In this document: in pieces, positions 1 to 9,436 of the stretch
How positions within the stretch are numbered: the stretch's first letter is position 1
Layout of the letters: every line of letters starts with the position of its first letter
Source of the DNA: an uncultured Desulfobacula sp.
GTDB lineage: Bacteria; Desulfobacterota; Desulfobacteria; Desulfobacterales; Desulfobacteraceae
Direction of reading: 5' to 3'
Length of the DNA stretch: 64,000 bases
Assembly: GCA_964635025.1 (NCBI GenBank)
Contig: CAZWMY010000004.1
Span: forward strand, 13,526-77,525
The notes under the pieces: generated by a model
Told to the model about the DNA's origin: nothing
Databases searched by the model: none
The model's input: the letters and a program-made list of their open reading frames with translations, nothing else
Translations under genes and position numbers: made by a program

Positions 1-1215
1 AATTCCAAAAGAGTAAATATCAACCTCATATTCTTTTTTGGGCTGATATCCGACAGAGGCTCTTCTAGAGACAACATTTCCTGTTGTTGCATCATAATAA
101 TCCTGTTCCTGATGATTGTCTTTCATATAGCTGACACCCATTTTTACAAGGCTCACAGCCCCGAAATCCAGGTATGCCTGAACTTCTCCGCCAGCAGTAG
201 CGTCATTATATGCACTTCGCTCAAACATCTTTGATGCCGGGGCAGTGGTATGATTTCTATCCCAGCCGCCTACATCCTCAAGCGTATCATCGTGATCCAC
301 ATAATATACCCTGGCCTTCATGGACAAGAGATCAGTAAATTTATGTTCCCCGGCAAGGCTTATCTGCCACTGATCCCAACTGGTAAATGCCCAGTATCTG
401 CTGTTGAATGTGGGAACCCCTTTTTCATTTTCATGATAATCAAAAGAAAGATACAGTTTTGAATCGGCATCGTATTCATACCCGATTTTTGAATTAAATG
501 TATCCTTTGTGTAATAGCTTAAGTCCCTGACTCCCCCGTCTTCATTGTACTGGGTTCTTAAACCGGTTCTTGTATTATTGGGATTAAAATCATCGGAAAG
601 TTCAAACCCGTCCGATGTCCTGTGGCTTGCCGTTACCCAGTAATTCCATTTACCTATTGATGCGCCGTGATTGGCAATATAATTCTGGGTATCATTGGGA
701 CCAAATGATGAAATCAGGCTGGTATAGGGTTTTTCCCCGCCTTTTTTCGTAATAATATTAATCACACCGCCCATGGTATTGGGGCCATAGAGCACGGAAG
801 ACGCACCTTTGATAATTTTGATTTTGGCAATGGCATCTACAGGAATCATATCCAGGGCCAGAGAGCCGTCATAGGACTCATGGGCAGGAACTCCGTCAAT
901 CAGGACCCTTACATTTTTCTGGTCAAAACCGCGAAGCTTAAGGTTTGCCTGACCTTTGCCGCCATATTGAATATCAATCCCCGGAATCATTTCAAGGGCT
1001 TCGGCAACGGTCTGAGCACCCTGCATTTCGATATCCTCCATCGAAACCGTTTCTGTTGTGGTAATGCTGTTGATTTCATCTCCTTTATCCATGATCAGCA
1101 CATCACCCAGATCAAAGACCTGACCCTGCTGTTTATTGTCTTCAGCAGATACAGGGCCGATCTGAACAGTTAATAAAAATAATAAAACCAGCACAAATTT
1201 TCCAATTGCTTTCAT
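1..1215 (-). CDS. TonB-dependent outer-membrane receptor, N-terminal ~405 codons (3' end lies beyond the window start)
   Basis: Absent from the ORF track because it runs off the edge. Manual minus-strand translation from ATG 1215..1213 gives MKAIGKFVLVLLFLLTVQIGPVSAEDNKQQGQVFDLGDVLIMDKGDEINSITTTETVSMEDIEMQGAQTVAEALEMIPGIDIQYGGKGQANLKLRGFDQKNVRVLIDGVPAHESYDGSLALDMIPVDAIAKIKIIKGASSVLYGPNTMGGVINIITKKGG. This is a signal peptide, a TonB-box-like segment and plug-domain motifs. Confidence 0.85.
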   Translation of the reverse strand, partial: MKAIGKFVLVLLFLLTVQIGPVSAEDNKQQGQVFDLGDVLIMDKGDEINSITTTETVSMEDIEMQGAQTVAEALEMIPGIDIQYGGKGQANLKLRGFDQKNVRVLIDGVPAHESYDGSLALDMIPVDAIAKIKIIKGASSVLYGPNTMGGVINIITKKGGEKPYTSLISSFGPNDTQNYIANHGASIGKWNYWVTASHRTSDGFELSDDFNPNNTRTGLRTQYNEDGGVRDLSYYTKDTFNSKIGYEYDADSKLYLSFDYHENEKGVPTFNSRYWAFTSWDQWQISLAGEHKFTDLLSMKARVYYVDHDDTLEDVGGWDRNHTTAPASKMFERSAYNDATAGGEVQAYLDFGAVSLVKMGVSYMKDNHQEQDYYDATTGNVVSRRASVGYQPKKEYEVDIYSFGI

Positions 1216-1552
1216 AACACCTTCTCCACAATAAAAAATAAATTCCTGACCCTGATATACTGCCTTTGGGAGGCAATGTATCCCTGCTCTATAACCAAGC
1301 ATTTATTTATTTACATTGTAGCTATTTGTCAATCACTATTTGTGATTATTTGTCAGTATTTCTAATAAATGTTTTAGGTTATAAAAAAATACTTACTATT
1401 ATCAACTAATTATAACCGATAATAATGTTTTTGATTTTTTATATTGACAAAAAGACAATTCATATCGAATATGGCTATTCAAATAACGGTCTTTGCTTGC
1501 ATTGGAATAAATCGAATGTGGTAAGAATTGGAAACAATAGGCAATACAGGTA

Positions 1553-3358
1553 ATGGAGATTTTTCATATTATGATGATAGAACGAAAACTAACCATTAAT
1601 AACTTTATGGTTGCGATCATTGCAGTGGTTATTTCGATGATTTTATGGGCAGGCGCAGCTATTGCGGATGATAAAATTGTAGAAAGGGATACGGACAAGG
1701 ACGGAAAGATCGACCAGATCGGTCATTTTGATTCGGCAGGGAAACTTGTCAAACTGGCCCTTGATTCGAACAAGGACGGAGTGATGGATCGGTTTCAGTA
1801 TTACCGGGACAGTGAGCTTATCCGGATTGAGGGGGACAAGAATGGGGATGGGAAAATCGATTCCTGGGATCATTTCGAGGCCGGAAAAAGGGTTCGAAAT
1901 GAGCAGGCGTCTTTTGAGACGGGCAAAGTCAATCAGATTACGGCCTTTGATGCACAGGAACGTCCCCGGATGATGCAAAAGGATACGGAAGGAAAGGGCG
2001 TCTTTGATACGGTCTATAATTTTACAGATGGAGTGCTTTCTTCCATGACCAAAGATTCGGATGGAGACGGGAAACCGAATGTATGGGTCACTTATAAGAA
2101 TGATAAGCCGGTGGAGCGCCGCGATGACGAGAACGGGGATGGAAAAACGGAAAAGATCACTCTTTTTGATGCCGAAGGCAGACCAAAGGAAAGCCGCCAT
2201 GACCTGAATAATGATGGAATATATGAAAATATCCGGGTTTATGATCTCGGTGTCCTGGTTGAAAATAAAAAGGAGATGGATGCTGAAGGAAAATTTCATA
2301 ATATCACCCGTTATAAAGACGGACAACCCGTTGAGCAGCAACAGGACACCAATGGAGACAATATCTGGGATATCCTGACCTATTTTAAAAACGGCAAACC
2401 CGTTCGTCAGGAAAAGGACACCAATCAGGACGGCAAGATGGATGTCTTCAGCTATTATGATGCCCAGGGCGTTTTAGAGAGAGTGGAAGAAGACACAAAA
2501 CATACCGGGAAAACAGACCGGATCAAGCATTTCCGTAACGGGGACCTTGATAAAGTGATCCATGATGCAGATGGAGATGGGTTCAAAGAGACACAAATTC
2601 AATATAAAAACAGCAAGCCTGTTCTCCAGACCGAAGACCGCAACAAAGACGGAAAACCGGATTTAACCCTTTATTTTGATGAAAACGGGGACAAGGCGCG
2701 TGCGGAAATCGACTCAGACCTGAAAGGAAAAATCGATACCTGGGAATATTATCAGAAGGGCGAGCTTACCCGGATAGAAAAAGATGAAAAGAAAACCGGC
2801 AAGGTGACGCTGAAGATTTATTTTTCAGGCGGTAAAAAAACCAAAGCGATTGTTGATAAAAATGCAGACGGCCGTTTTGAGATCACGCAATGGTTTGATA
2901 AGCCGCCCTGGTCCATGGTCATGGAAGCGGACATAAACGGGGACGGGCAGCCCGAGGCCCGGTTTTTTTATCAAAAAGATATTCTCAGGGAAAAAGAAAT
3001 GGATGAGGACGGGGATGGCCGGATGGATCTGAAAGAATTTTTTAATGCTGCGGGAAAGCTGGTGAAACGAATCGAAAAAGACGAAGGCGCCAAGCAGATG
3101 AACATGACCTGGCTTTTTAACGAAACCGGAGAGGCCGTGAGCATGGAAAAAGACAGCAATGGCGATGGCCGGGTGGACACCTGGTATCATTATGACAAGG
3201 GCAAAATTGTAAAAGTGGAAGAAGACACCAATGGGGACGGGAAACCGGATATCTGGGAAGAGTATGATTCATCTGAAATAATGGTCAAGCGCTCTCAGGA
3301 CTTTAATTTTGACGGCAAGCCGGACATGGTGGAGAACCCGGATAAAAAAAGCAGTTAG
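1553..3358 (+). CDS. N-terminally anchored repeat protein with roughly two dozen D-x-[DN]-x-DG-K-x-D Ca-binding-loop-like repeats; first gene of the exbB-exbD-tonB operon
   Basis: 601-aa ORF with a hydrophobic N-terminus (FMVAIIAVVISMILWAGAAIA). Motifs such as DKDGKID, DKNGDGKID, DSDGDGKPN, DENGDGKTE, DTNQDGKMD, DRNKDGKPD, DSNGDGRVD and DTNGDGKPD recur about every 23-25 aa. exbB starts 47 nt downstream on the same strand. Confidence 0.7.
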   Translation: MEIFHIMMIERKLTINNFMVAIIAVVISMILWAGAAIADDKIVERDTDKDGKIDQIGHFDSAGKLVKLALDSNKDGVMDRFQYYRDSELIRIEGDKNGDGKIDSWDHFEAGKRVRNEQASFETGKVNQITAFDAQERPRMMQKDTEGKGVFDTVYNFTDGVLSSMTKDSDGDGKPNVWVTYKNDKPVERRDDENGDGKTEKITLFDAEGRPKESRHDLNNDGIYENIRVYDLGVLVENKKEMDAEGKFHNITRYKDGQPVEQQQDTNGDNIWDILTYFKNGKPVRQEKDTNQDGKMDVFSYYDAQGVLERVEEDTKHTGKTDRIKHFRNGDLDKVIHDADGDGFKETQIQYKNSKPVLQTEDRNKDGKPDLTLYFDENGDKARAEIDSDLKGKIDTWEYYQKGELTRIEKDEKKTGKVTLKIYFSGGKKTKAIVDKNADGRFEITQWFDKPPWSMVMEADINGDGQPEARFFYQKDILREKEMDEDGDGRMDLKEFFNAAGKLVKRIEKDEGAKQMNMTWLFNETGEAVSMEKDSNGDGRVDTWYHYDKGKIVKVEEDTNGDGKPDIWEEYDSSEIMVKRSQDFNFDGKPDMVENPDKKSS

Positions 3359-3405
3359 CCGTTCAAGTGTATTAGCGTATTTGAAATAATAAGGAGAGAA
3401 AAGAC

Positions 3406-4035
3406 ATGTTTGAAGGAAAAACAATATGGGAAGTGATCAATATGGGCGGATTTACCATGTATATGCTCATGGCCGCCTCAATCTTATCTTTAGGGGTATT
3501 TTTTGAGCGTTTCCTCAGTTACCGGAAAAAAGCCGTGGACCGTGTAACATTCATGGAAAAAATCCGGCTGAATGTTGAAAAAGGGGATATTGCCGGTGCC
3601 GTCAAATTCTGTGAAACCATTGCCGCTCCTGTTGCAGCAGTAGCACTGTCCGCGCTCCGGCATGCAGGAAAGGATGAAACCCTCATTTCCAACGCAGCTG
3701 AACGGGAAATCATGCTGGAAACGGCAGATCTTGAAAAATATACCAGCATTGTCGGAACCATAGGGAATATTGCCGTTTATATCGGTTTGTTCGGGACAGT
3801 TCTTGGAATTGTACGCTCTTTTCACAATATGTCTCAGATCGGTTCGGGCGGTATATCCGTTGTCATCGGCGGGGTTGCGGAAGCTTTGATCTGCACGGCC
3901 GCAGGCCTGTCCGTGGCGATCCCTGCTGTAGTCGTATACAATTATTTTATGCGTCGTGTGGATGGGTTTGTCATGGATATGGAATACTGCTCATCTGCAA
4001 CAAAAGACCTTTTAACCGGGAAGAAACCGTCATGA
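3406..4035 (+). CDS. exbB: MotA/TolQ/ExbB-family proton channel
   Basis: 209 aa with three hydrophobic segments. The conserved C-terminal region reads GLFGTVLGIVRSFHNM...GGVAEALICTAAGLSVAIPAVVVYNYF. It sits directly before exbD and tonB. Confidence 0.9.
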   Translation: MFEGKTIWEVINMGGFTMYMLMAASILSLGVFFERFLSYRKKAVDRVTFMEKIRLNVEKGDIAGAVKFCETIAAPVAAVALSALRHAGKDETLISNAAEREIMLETADLEKYTSIVGTIGNIAVYIGLFGTVLGIVRSFHNMSQIGSGGISVVIGGVAEALICTAAGLSVAIPAVVVYNYFMRRVDGFVMDMEYCSSATKDLLTGKKPS

Positions 4036-4451
4036 AAAAAGCGACCAAACGCGGAAGGGTTATGGCGGAAATCAATATCACGCCGTTTACCGACGTAGTG
4101 CTGGTGCTTTTGATCATCTTCATGATTGCAACGCCGGTACTCCTTCAGCCCGGCATCAAGGTGGAACTTCCCAAAGCCAAGGCGGCAGAGAGCAATACCG
4201 ATAAAAATCTGACCATCATCGTGGGGACAAACGGGGAGGTTTATTTGGATGATCAAAGAATAGAGCTTGGCAATCTGAGATATGAGATAGCCACACGCCT
4301 TGCAGATAAACCCGGCATGTCCGTGATTGTCAAGGGTGATAAAGCAGTGGCCTATGAATGGATCGTCAAGGTGATTGATGCGGCCAAGCAATCCGGTGCC
4401 AAAAAATTTGCGCTGGGAGTGGAACTTAAAGACGGCGCATTTGGTATTTGA
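4032..4451 (+). CDS. exbD: ExbD/TolR-family biopolymer transport protein
   Basis: 139 aa. INITPFTDVVLVLLIIFMIATP forms a single TM segment followed by a periplasmic domain. The ATGA start/stop overlap with exbB suggests translational coupling. Confidence 0.9.
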   Translation: MKKATKRGRVMAEINITPFTDVVLVLLIIFMIATPVLLQPGIKVELPKAKAAESNTDKNLTIIVGTNGEVYLDDQRIELGNLRYEIATRLADKPGMSVIVKGDKAVAYEWIVKVIDAAKQSGAKKFALGVELKDGAFGI

Positions 4452-4483
4452 TCAAAAAGATCAGGATTTAAGAGGAGGCAATC

Positions 4484-5272
4484 GTGATTGCCATTAATAA
4501 AAAAAAGATAAAATTGTTGCCGGCAGGAAAAAAAGAATCCCACAGGTTTCTGAGCATCATGATGAGCCTGTCCCTGGCGGTGCATTTGATTCTATTTTGG
4601 GGTTTTTCTTCTGTCCAGATGTTCAAAACACATATCGTCCCTGATCTGACATTTGAGAATACTGCCGAACCCCCTTCCAGAATTATTCCGAGACCAAGGG
4701 CTACGGCCAGGGAACTATCAGACCTGGATGACATAAAGGATATCCAGAATTTTAAAATGAGCGCAGGCACTCCCCCTCCGAATGTTGAATCAACCCGGCC
4801 CAGTTCAGGTCAACCGTCCGGTGCAGCAAGTTTTGCCGGAGCGAGCGCGGGGATATCAGCAGGAAACGAGGGCTCCATCAGCGTTCCGTCTATCCCCGGG
4901 GCAGCAGCCATTGGAAGCCCCGGCATGCATATATCGCAATGGAACCCGTCAGGCGCCGGAGATTTGGATGTTACGGATTTTTCAAGCTCCAAGACCTATC
5001 TGGAACTTGTGAAACTCAAAATAGAGAAAAATAAAAAATATCCGGAAGACGCAAAGAGCAATCATGTAGAAGGAATTGTAAGCCTGAAATTCATTATCTC
5101 CCCGGACGGCACCATTAAAAATACGGAAGTTGCAAAAAGCTCCCGAAATAAAATCCTGGACGAGGCTGCTCTAAAGGCCCTAAAGGATGCTTCGCCTTTT
5201 CCCAAACCGCCAACAAAGTTTTTTAAGGGAGATATCCCTTTGCAGATTTCCATCAGCTTTGAATTGACCTGA
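4484..5272 (+). CDS. tonB: Energy transducer TonB
   Basis: GTG start preceded by AGGAGG. It has an N-terminal TM segment and a Pro/Ser/Gly-rich linker. The C-terminal TonB fold reads KYPEDAKSNHVEGIVSLKFIISPDGTIKNTEVAKSS..ILDEAALKALKDASPFPKPP. Confidence 0.85.
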   Translation: MIAINKKKIKLLPAGKKESHRFLSIMMSLSLAVHLILFWGFSSVQMFKTHIVPDLTFENTAEPPSRIIPRPRATARELSDLDDIKDIQNFKMSAGTPPPNVESTRPSSGQPSGAASFAGASAGISAGNEGSISVPSIPGAAAIGSPGMHISQWNPSGAGDLDVTDFSSSKTYLELVKLKIEKNKKYPEDAKSNHVEGIVSLKFIISPDGTIKNTEVAKSSRNKILDEAALKALKDASPFPKPPTKFFKGDIPLQISISFELT

Positions 5273-5276
5273 TCCT

Positions 5277-6554
5277 ATGCTCCCATCCCTTAATTCAACG
5301 GTTGCAAGATCTGAGACGGTTATAAAATCAATGTGCCGGTATATGGCAATTGCCGGGTTTTGCCTGCTTTTGCATTTTTGCCCTGCCATTGCCGATGAAA
5401 AATCGGTTATGCATTTCCCGGAACGAATCGTGCTCACGATTACCGAAATGCCGTTCAACAGCCAGGCCGTTACCTGGCGGACAGGGCAAAAAAAAGGTTC
5501 CCCCAGGGCTGAACTCATCACACCATCGGATCTTTTAAACCCGGATAAACCACTGAAAATATTTCCGGCCGTCACATCTGTGGTGGAACCGGATAATAAT
5601 AAATCCCTTGCATACCAGCACTCCGTTATTTTCAGCGGATTAACGCCGAATATGATCTATGCCTATCGTGTGGGGGATGATCAGACATGGAGTGAATGGA
5701 ACCAGTTCAAAACCGCATTTGATAAACCGGAACCCTTCACATTCCTTTATTTCGGAGATGTTCAGGAGCAGGTTTTTCCCATGTGTTCCCAGGTGTTCAG
5801 GGCTGCGTTTCAAAAAGAGCCGGATGCAAGGTTTTGGCTGTTTACCGGCGACATGGTGGACAATGGCCCGGATGACCGGTTGTGGGCTGAATTTTTTTCC
5901 GCCATGGGCTGGATACCCAAAACCACGCCCCTGGTCCTTATACCAGGGAATCACGAATACCCGGACCCGCGAATAACACCCAAGGAGGAGCTTCATCTCA
6001 CCTCTTTGTGGCGGCCTCAGTTTGCCTTACCGGAAAATGGTCCTGCCGGTCTTGAGGAAACTGCATTCAGTTTTGAATATCAGGGGGTGTGTTTTGTCAT
6101 TTTGAACGGGAATGAAAAAACATCAGAACAGGCCCTTTGGCTTGACGCCGTTTTATCCAAAAACCAACAGCCGTGGACCATTGTGGCTATTCATCAGCCA
6201 ATATACTCCATTTCCGAACGTAAAAACAAAACCGAATTCCAGACCCTTTTTGTCCCCATCTTGGATAAATATGGGGTTGACCTTGTCTTGCAGGGCCATG
6301 ATCATGGCTATGCCCGAAGCCTTTCACTTAAGAATCACCAGCCTGTTTTAGGCAAAGAAAAGGGAACGGTTTATATCATTTCCAACAGCGGCCCGAAATT
6401 TTATCCCATAAGCACCCGGTATGACCATCTCATGGCCAAAACGCTTTCCAATACCACAGGGTTCCAGTCCATCCGGGTGGAGAACAATGTCTTAAAATAC
6501 ACGGCTTACAATATGCAGCAAGAAGTGGTGGATGCTTTTGAAATTAAAAAATAA
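5277..6554 (+). CDS. Secreted calcineurin-like metallophosphoesterase (purple-acid-phosphatase-like)
   Basis: Motifs GDVQEQ, GDMVDNG, GNHEY, IHQPIYS and GHDHGYARS are present. An N-terminal PAP-like beta domain reads NSQAVTWRT. The signal-like segment MAIAGFCLLLHFCPAIADEK suggests the true start may be 5331. Confidence 0.8.
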   Translation: MLPSLNSTVARSETVIKSMCRYMAIAGFCLLLHFCPAIADEKSVMHFPERIVLTITEMPFNSQAVTWRTGQKKGSPRAELITPSDLLNPDKPLKIFPAVTSVVEPDNNKSLAYQHSVIFSGLTPNMIYAYRVGDDQTWSEWNQFKTAFDKPEPFTFLYFGDVQEQVFPMCSQVFRAAFQKEPDARFWLFTGDMVDNGPDDRLWAEFFSAMGWIPKTTPLVLIPGNHEYPDPRITPKEELHLTSLWRPQFALPENGPAGLEETAFSFEYQGVCFVILNGNEKTSEQALWLDAVLSKNQQPWTIVAIHQPIYSISERKNKTEFQTLFVPILDKYGVDLVLQGHDHGYARSLSLKNHQPVLGKEKGTVYIISNSGPKFYPISTRYDHLMAKTLSNTTGFQSIRVENNVLKYTAYNMQQEVVDAFEIKK

Positions 6555-6580
6555 TCACCCTTTTCGACTTATTTTTTAAG

Positions 6581-8620
6581 TTAATCAGCGCATTTTTCCA
6601 GTTTCACGGCACAGACCTTATAATCCGGTGTTTTGGAGATAGGGTCGAGAAACGTTCCCAGGACCTGGTTTGAATTTGCATTTTGAAAATGAAAATCCAT
6701 GAACAGTGATCCCGGAGGAACAATATCACCGATGCAGATGGGCGTGATGACTTCTCCCCGCCGCGACATCACCTTGATACGATCTCCGTTTTTGAGACCC
6801 ATTTTTCCGGCATCAACCGCATTGACCTGGGCAACCGGTTCCGGGAATTCATTTATTAATGTTTTGCATCTGCCGGTCATGGTGCTGGTGTTATAGTGTG
6901 CATACCTTCGCCCTGTTGTCAGGGTAAAAGGATACTGGCTGTCCGGGCCGTCTTTTGATTTTTGATACTCAACGCTATGAAATTTTCCTTTTCCCCGGGT
7001 GAACATTCCCTGGTGCAGAAACTGAGTGCCGGGATGTTCTGAAGACGGACACGGCCACTGGATTCCTTCAAAATCGATCCGGTCATAGGTGATTCCGGAA
7101 AAGCTGGGGGTGAGTGCTGTCATCTCCTGAAAGATTTCTTGTGCAGAATCATATTTCATTGCAACCCCCAGCCTTGTCCCGATTTCAGAAAAGATTTTCC
7201 AGTTGGGCAGGGCCTCTCCTGGCGGTTCAACAGCTTTGCGCACACGCTGGACCCGTCGCTCTGTATTGCTGAAGGTTCCATCCACTTCTGCCCAGCAGGC
7301 ACCGGGCAATACCACATCGGCCATCAGGGCTGTGGATGTGAGGAAAATATCGTGAACCACCAGGAATTCCGCAGACTCCAGGGCATGCCGGACGTGATCT
7401 GTATTGGGATCACCTTCAACGGAATTTTCACCAAAGATATATAAGCCTTTTAAGGACCCGTCAATGAGACCATCCATCATTTCCGGGATCATTTTTCCAA
7501 GATGCGGTGAAAGTTCAACCCCCCAGGCATCCTGGAATTTTTTCCGGACGTTCGGGTCAATAACAGGCTGATAGCCGGGATAAACATTGGGCAAAGCGCC
7601 CATATCGCAGGCACCCTGGACATTGTTCTGGCCCCTTAGGGGATTCACACCGCTGGAGGCCTTCCCGATCTGGCCCGTCAAAAGGGCAAGGTTGGCAAGG
7701 GCTTTGACATTATCAACCCCGTGTGAATGTTCTGTGATGCCAAGGGTGTAGCAGATGCTGGAATTTTTTGATGTGGCATAGAGTCTGGCTGTTTCCTTAA
7801 TCTTTTCAACAGAGACGCCGGTTATTTCCGATACACGTTCCAGGGTATAGGGCCGGATGGTTTCCTTTAAAATTTCAAAATCCTCGGTGCGGGTGGATAT
7901 GAATTCTTCATTGTGCAGGTTATTGTTCAGGATTTCATTCATGACCCCGTTGAGAAAAGCGATGTCTGAGCCGAAATTCAGCTGGATATGGATATCGGCA
8001 AAAGCGGAAAGATGTATTTTTCTTGGGTCCACCACAATAAGTTTTGCACCTTTTTCTTTTGCCCTGAACATCCGGTAAGCAATCAAGGGATGGGCCTCTG
8101 TTGTATTGGACCCAACCACCATCAGGCAATCGGTATCTTCAATCTCGGCGATTGAATTGGTCATGGCACCACTTCCAAACGCTGCGGCAAGACCTGCCAC
8201 GGTAGGGGCATGTCAGAGCCGGGCGCAGTGATCGATATTGTTGGTCTGAAAGGCGGTCCGGCAGAGTTTCTGGCAGAGATAGTTTTCTTCATTTGTGCTG
8301 CGGGCCGAGCTGAAAAATCCGATGCTGTTTCCGCCGTGGGTGTTTTTTATTTCGGAAAACTTCGATGTGATGAGATCAAACGCCTCTTCCCAGCTGGCTT
8401 TTTCCAGCTTGCCGTTTTTCCGGATCAAAGGATGGGTCAGGCGATCCTTGCTGTGAACAAATTCATGGGCCGAGTGCCCTTTGATACATAATTTGCCCTG
8501 GTTCATCCGTTTTTCTTTTGAGGGCAGGGTGTTCACCAGTTTGCCGTCCAGAACTTCAAGCAGCATCTGGCAGCCGCAGCCGCAATAGGGGCAGGTGGTT
8601 TTCACACATCGGTAATCCAT
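6581..8620 (-). CDS. fdhA: Selenocysteine-containing formate dehydrogenase alpha subunit (FdhF/FdhA-like molybdo/tungstopterin enzyme); Sec encoded by TGA at 8213..8215
   Basis: Track ORFs 8213..8620 and 6581..8200 are in the same frame. The junction reads [32 protein letters not shown], the canonical FDH Sec active-site context. The N-terminal 4Fe-4S motif is CPYCGCGCQ...C. There is no Tat signal. Confidence 0.9.
8184..8212 (-). promoter_or_regulatory. SECIS-like element of fdhA-1
   Basis: A 12-nt spacer (CATGCCCCTACC) follows the TGA. Next comes the hairpin GTGGCA-GGTCT-TGCCGC (6 bp including one G-U pair, with a GGUC-containing loop). The spacing and loop match what I recall for E. coli fdhF. 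Confidence 0.65.
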
Positions 8621-8708
8621 TTGGTAACGCTCTCCTTTGTATTAAACATCTCATTCCCTTATTTGCCGGTCGTATTTAAATAATTCCGGGGTGGAAATGA
8701 ATTTTTTT

Positions 8709-8732
8709 CGTTGTGTCAAAAAAAACATAACG
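8709..8732. promoter_or_regulatory. ModE-box-like palindrome upstream of fdhA-1
   Basis: Sequence is CGTTGTG-tcaaaaaaaa-CATAACG, about 90 nt upstream of the fdhA-1 ATG. It has the same 7-N10-7 architecture as the sites at 20482 and 53154. Confidence 0.5.
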
Positions 8733-8796
8733 ATATGTTTAATATGGGTCCCTTGGTTTGTCAAGAGCCTGGATTTAAAATGCGGATTATCTTTTC

Positions 8797-9390
8797 TTAT
8801 TTCATCAGAATGGGCCGATCATATGTACCCAATGCACAAGGCCTGCAAAGGATTTGATCATTTTTTATGACTTCGCGTTTGTCTCTTACCACCTGTCCGC
8901 ATTGTTGGCAGACCGCCTTGAACCGGGTGGGTCCGGGCATGTCTGATGCGCTTACGGTCACCCGAACCTCTCCAATCGTAAATTAATCTTGAAGGGTCAT
9001 TCTTTTATACGCAAGAAGCTGCTGCTCGTTTTTGCCCATTATTTCCGGCTCATATTTTTGAGCAAGGTCTCTGGAAGTTTCTTTGGATACAATCCTGAAA
9101 GCCTTGCCTGATTCAAGGTTGACAAAGGTGGCGGCCATGATGCCGTTGTCGATAAATTTTAATGATCGCCTGCCCAATTTTGCGCCGGTAACAAAAGAAA
9201 TTGCATCGGCGGCGCATCGGTCCATTTCCACATAAACGATGAGATTTTTTATCCGGGCAGGCTCTTCCATATCATCCAAGCCGAGGAGTCGGCATCCTTC
9301 CATTGCCATTTGCACGCCGATAACCTGACCGGGACGGAGGTGACCATGGGCTTTTGCTGATTTTTTCAGCAGGGTTTCAAAATTTTCCAT
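8797..9390 (-). pseudogene. FmdE-family protein interrupted by an in-frame TAA (8983..8985): FmdE domain ORF 8983..9390 plus an in-frame CxxC..CxxC zinc-ribbon tail 8797..8982
   Basis: The N-terminal part reads AHGHLRPGQVIGVQMA...VEMDRCAADAISFVTG (FmdE domain). After the TAA the same frame reads FTIGEVRVTVSASDMPGPTRFKAVCQQCGQVVRDKREVIKNDQILCRPCALGTYDRPILMK. A GTG at 8961 preceded by GGAGAGG could alternatively start a separate 54-aa zinc-ribbon ORF. Confidence 0.6.
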
Positions 9391-9436
9391 GAATTATTCC
9401 CAATGTATCTTGTTTGGCTTTTTTTATTTTTCAAAA

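Noticed and set aside
880-1173. 97-aa plus-strand ORF near the window start.
   Set aside because: It lies entirely inside the minus-strand TonB-dependent receptor plug-domain coding region (1..1215), which translates cleanly.
1466-1488. ModE-box look-alikes CGAATATG..AATAACG (here), TGTTATA-N11-GATAACG (37736..37760) and the half-site TATAACG (28134..28140).
   Set aside because: The spacing is off by one, or one arm is missing, relative to the three well-matched 7-N10-7 sites. I kept them only as a note, not as features.
8213-8215. The TGA stops that split both formate dehydrogenase genes (the second is at 19357..19359) could be read as pseudogene breakpoints.
   Set aside because: Both lie in the conserved HCAR[LT]-U-HAPTV active-site context and the flanking ORFs are in frame. 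A GGUC-loop hairpin follows at the canonical spacing. Selenocysteine recoding is the better explanation.
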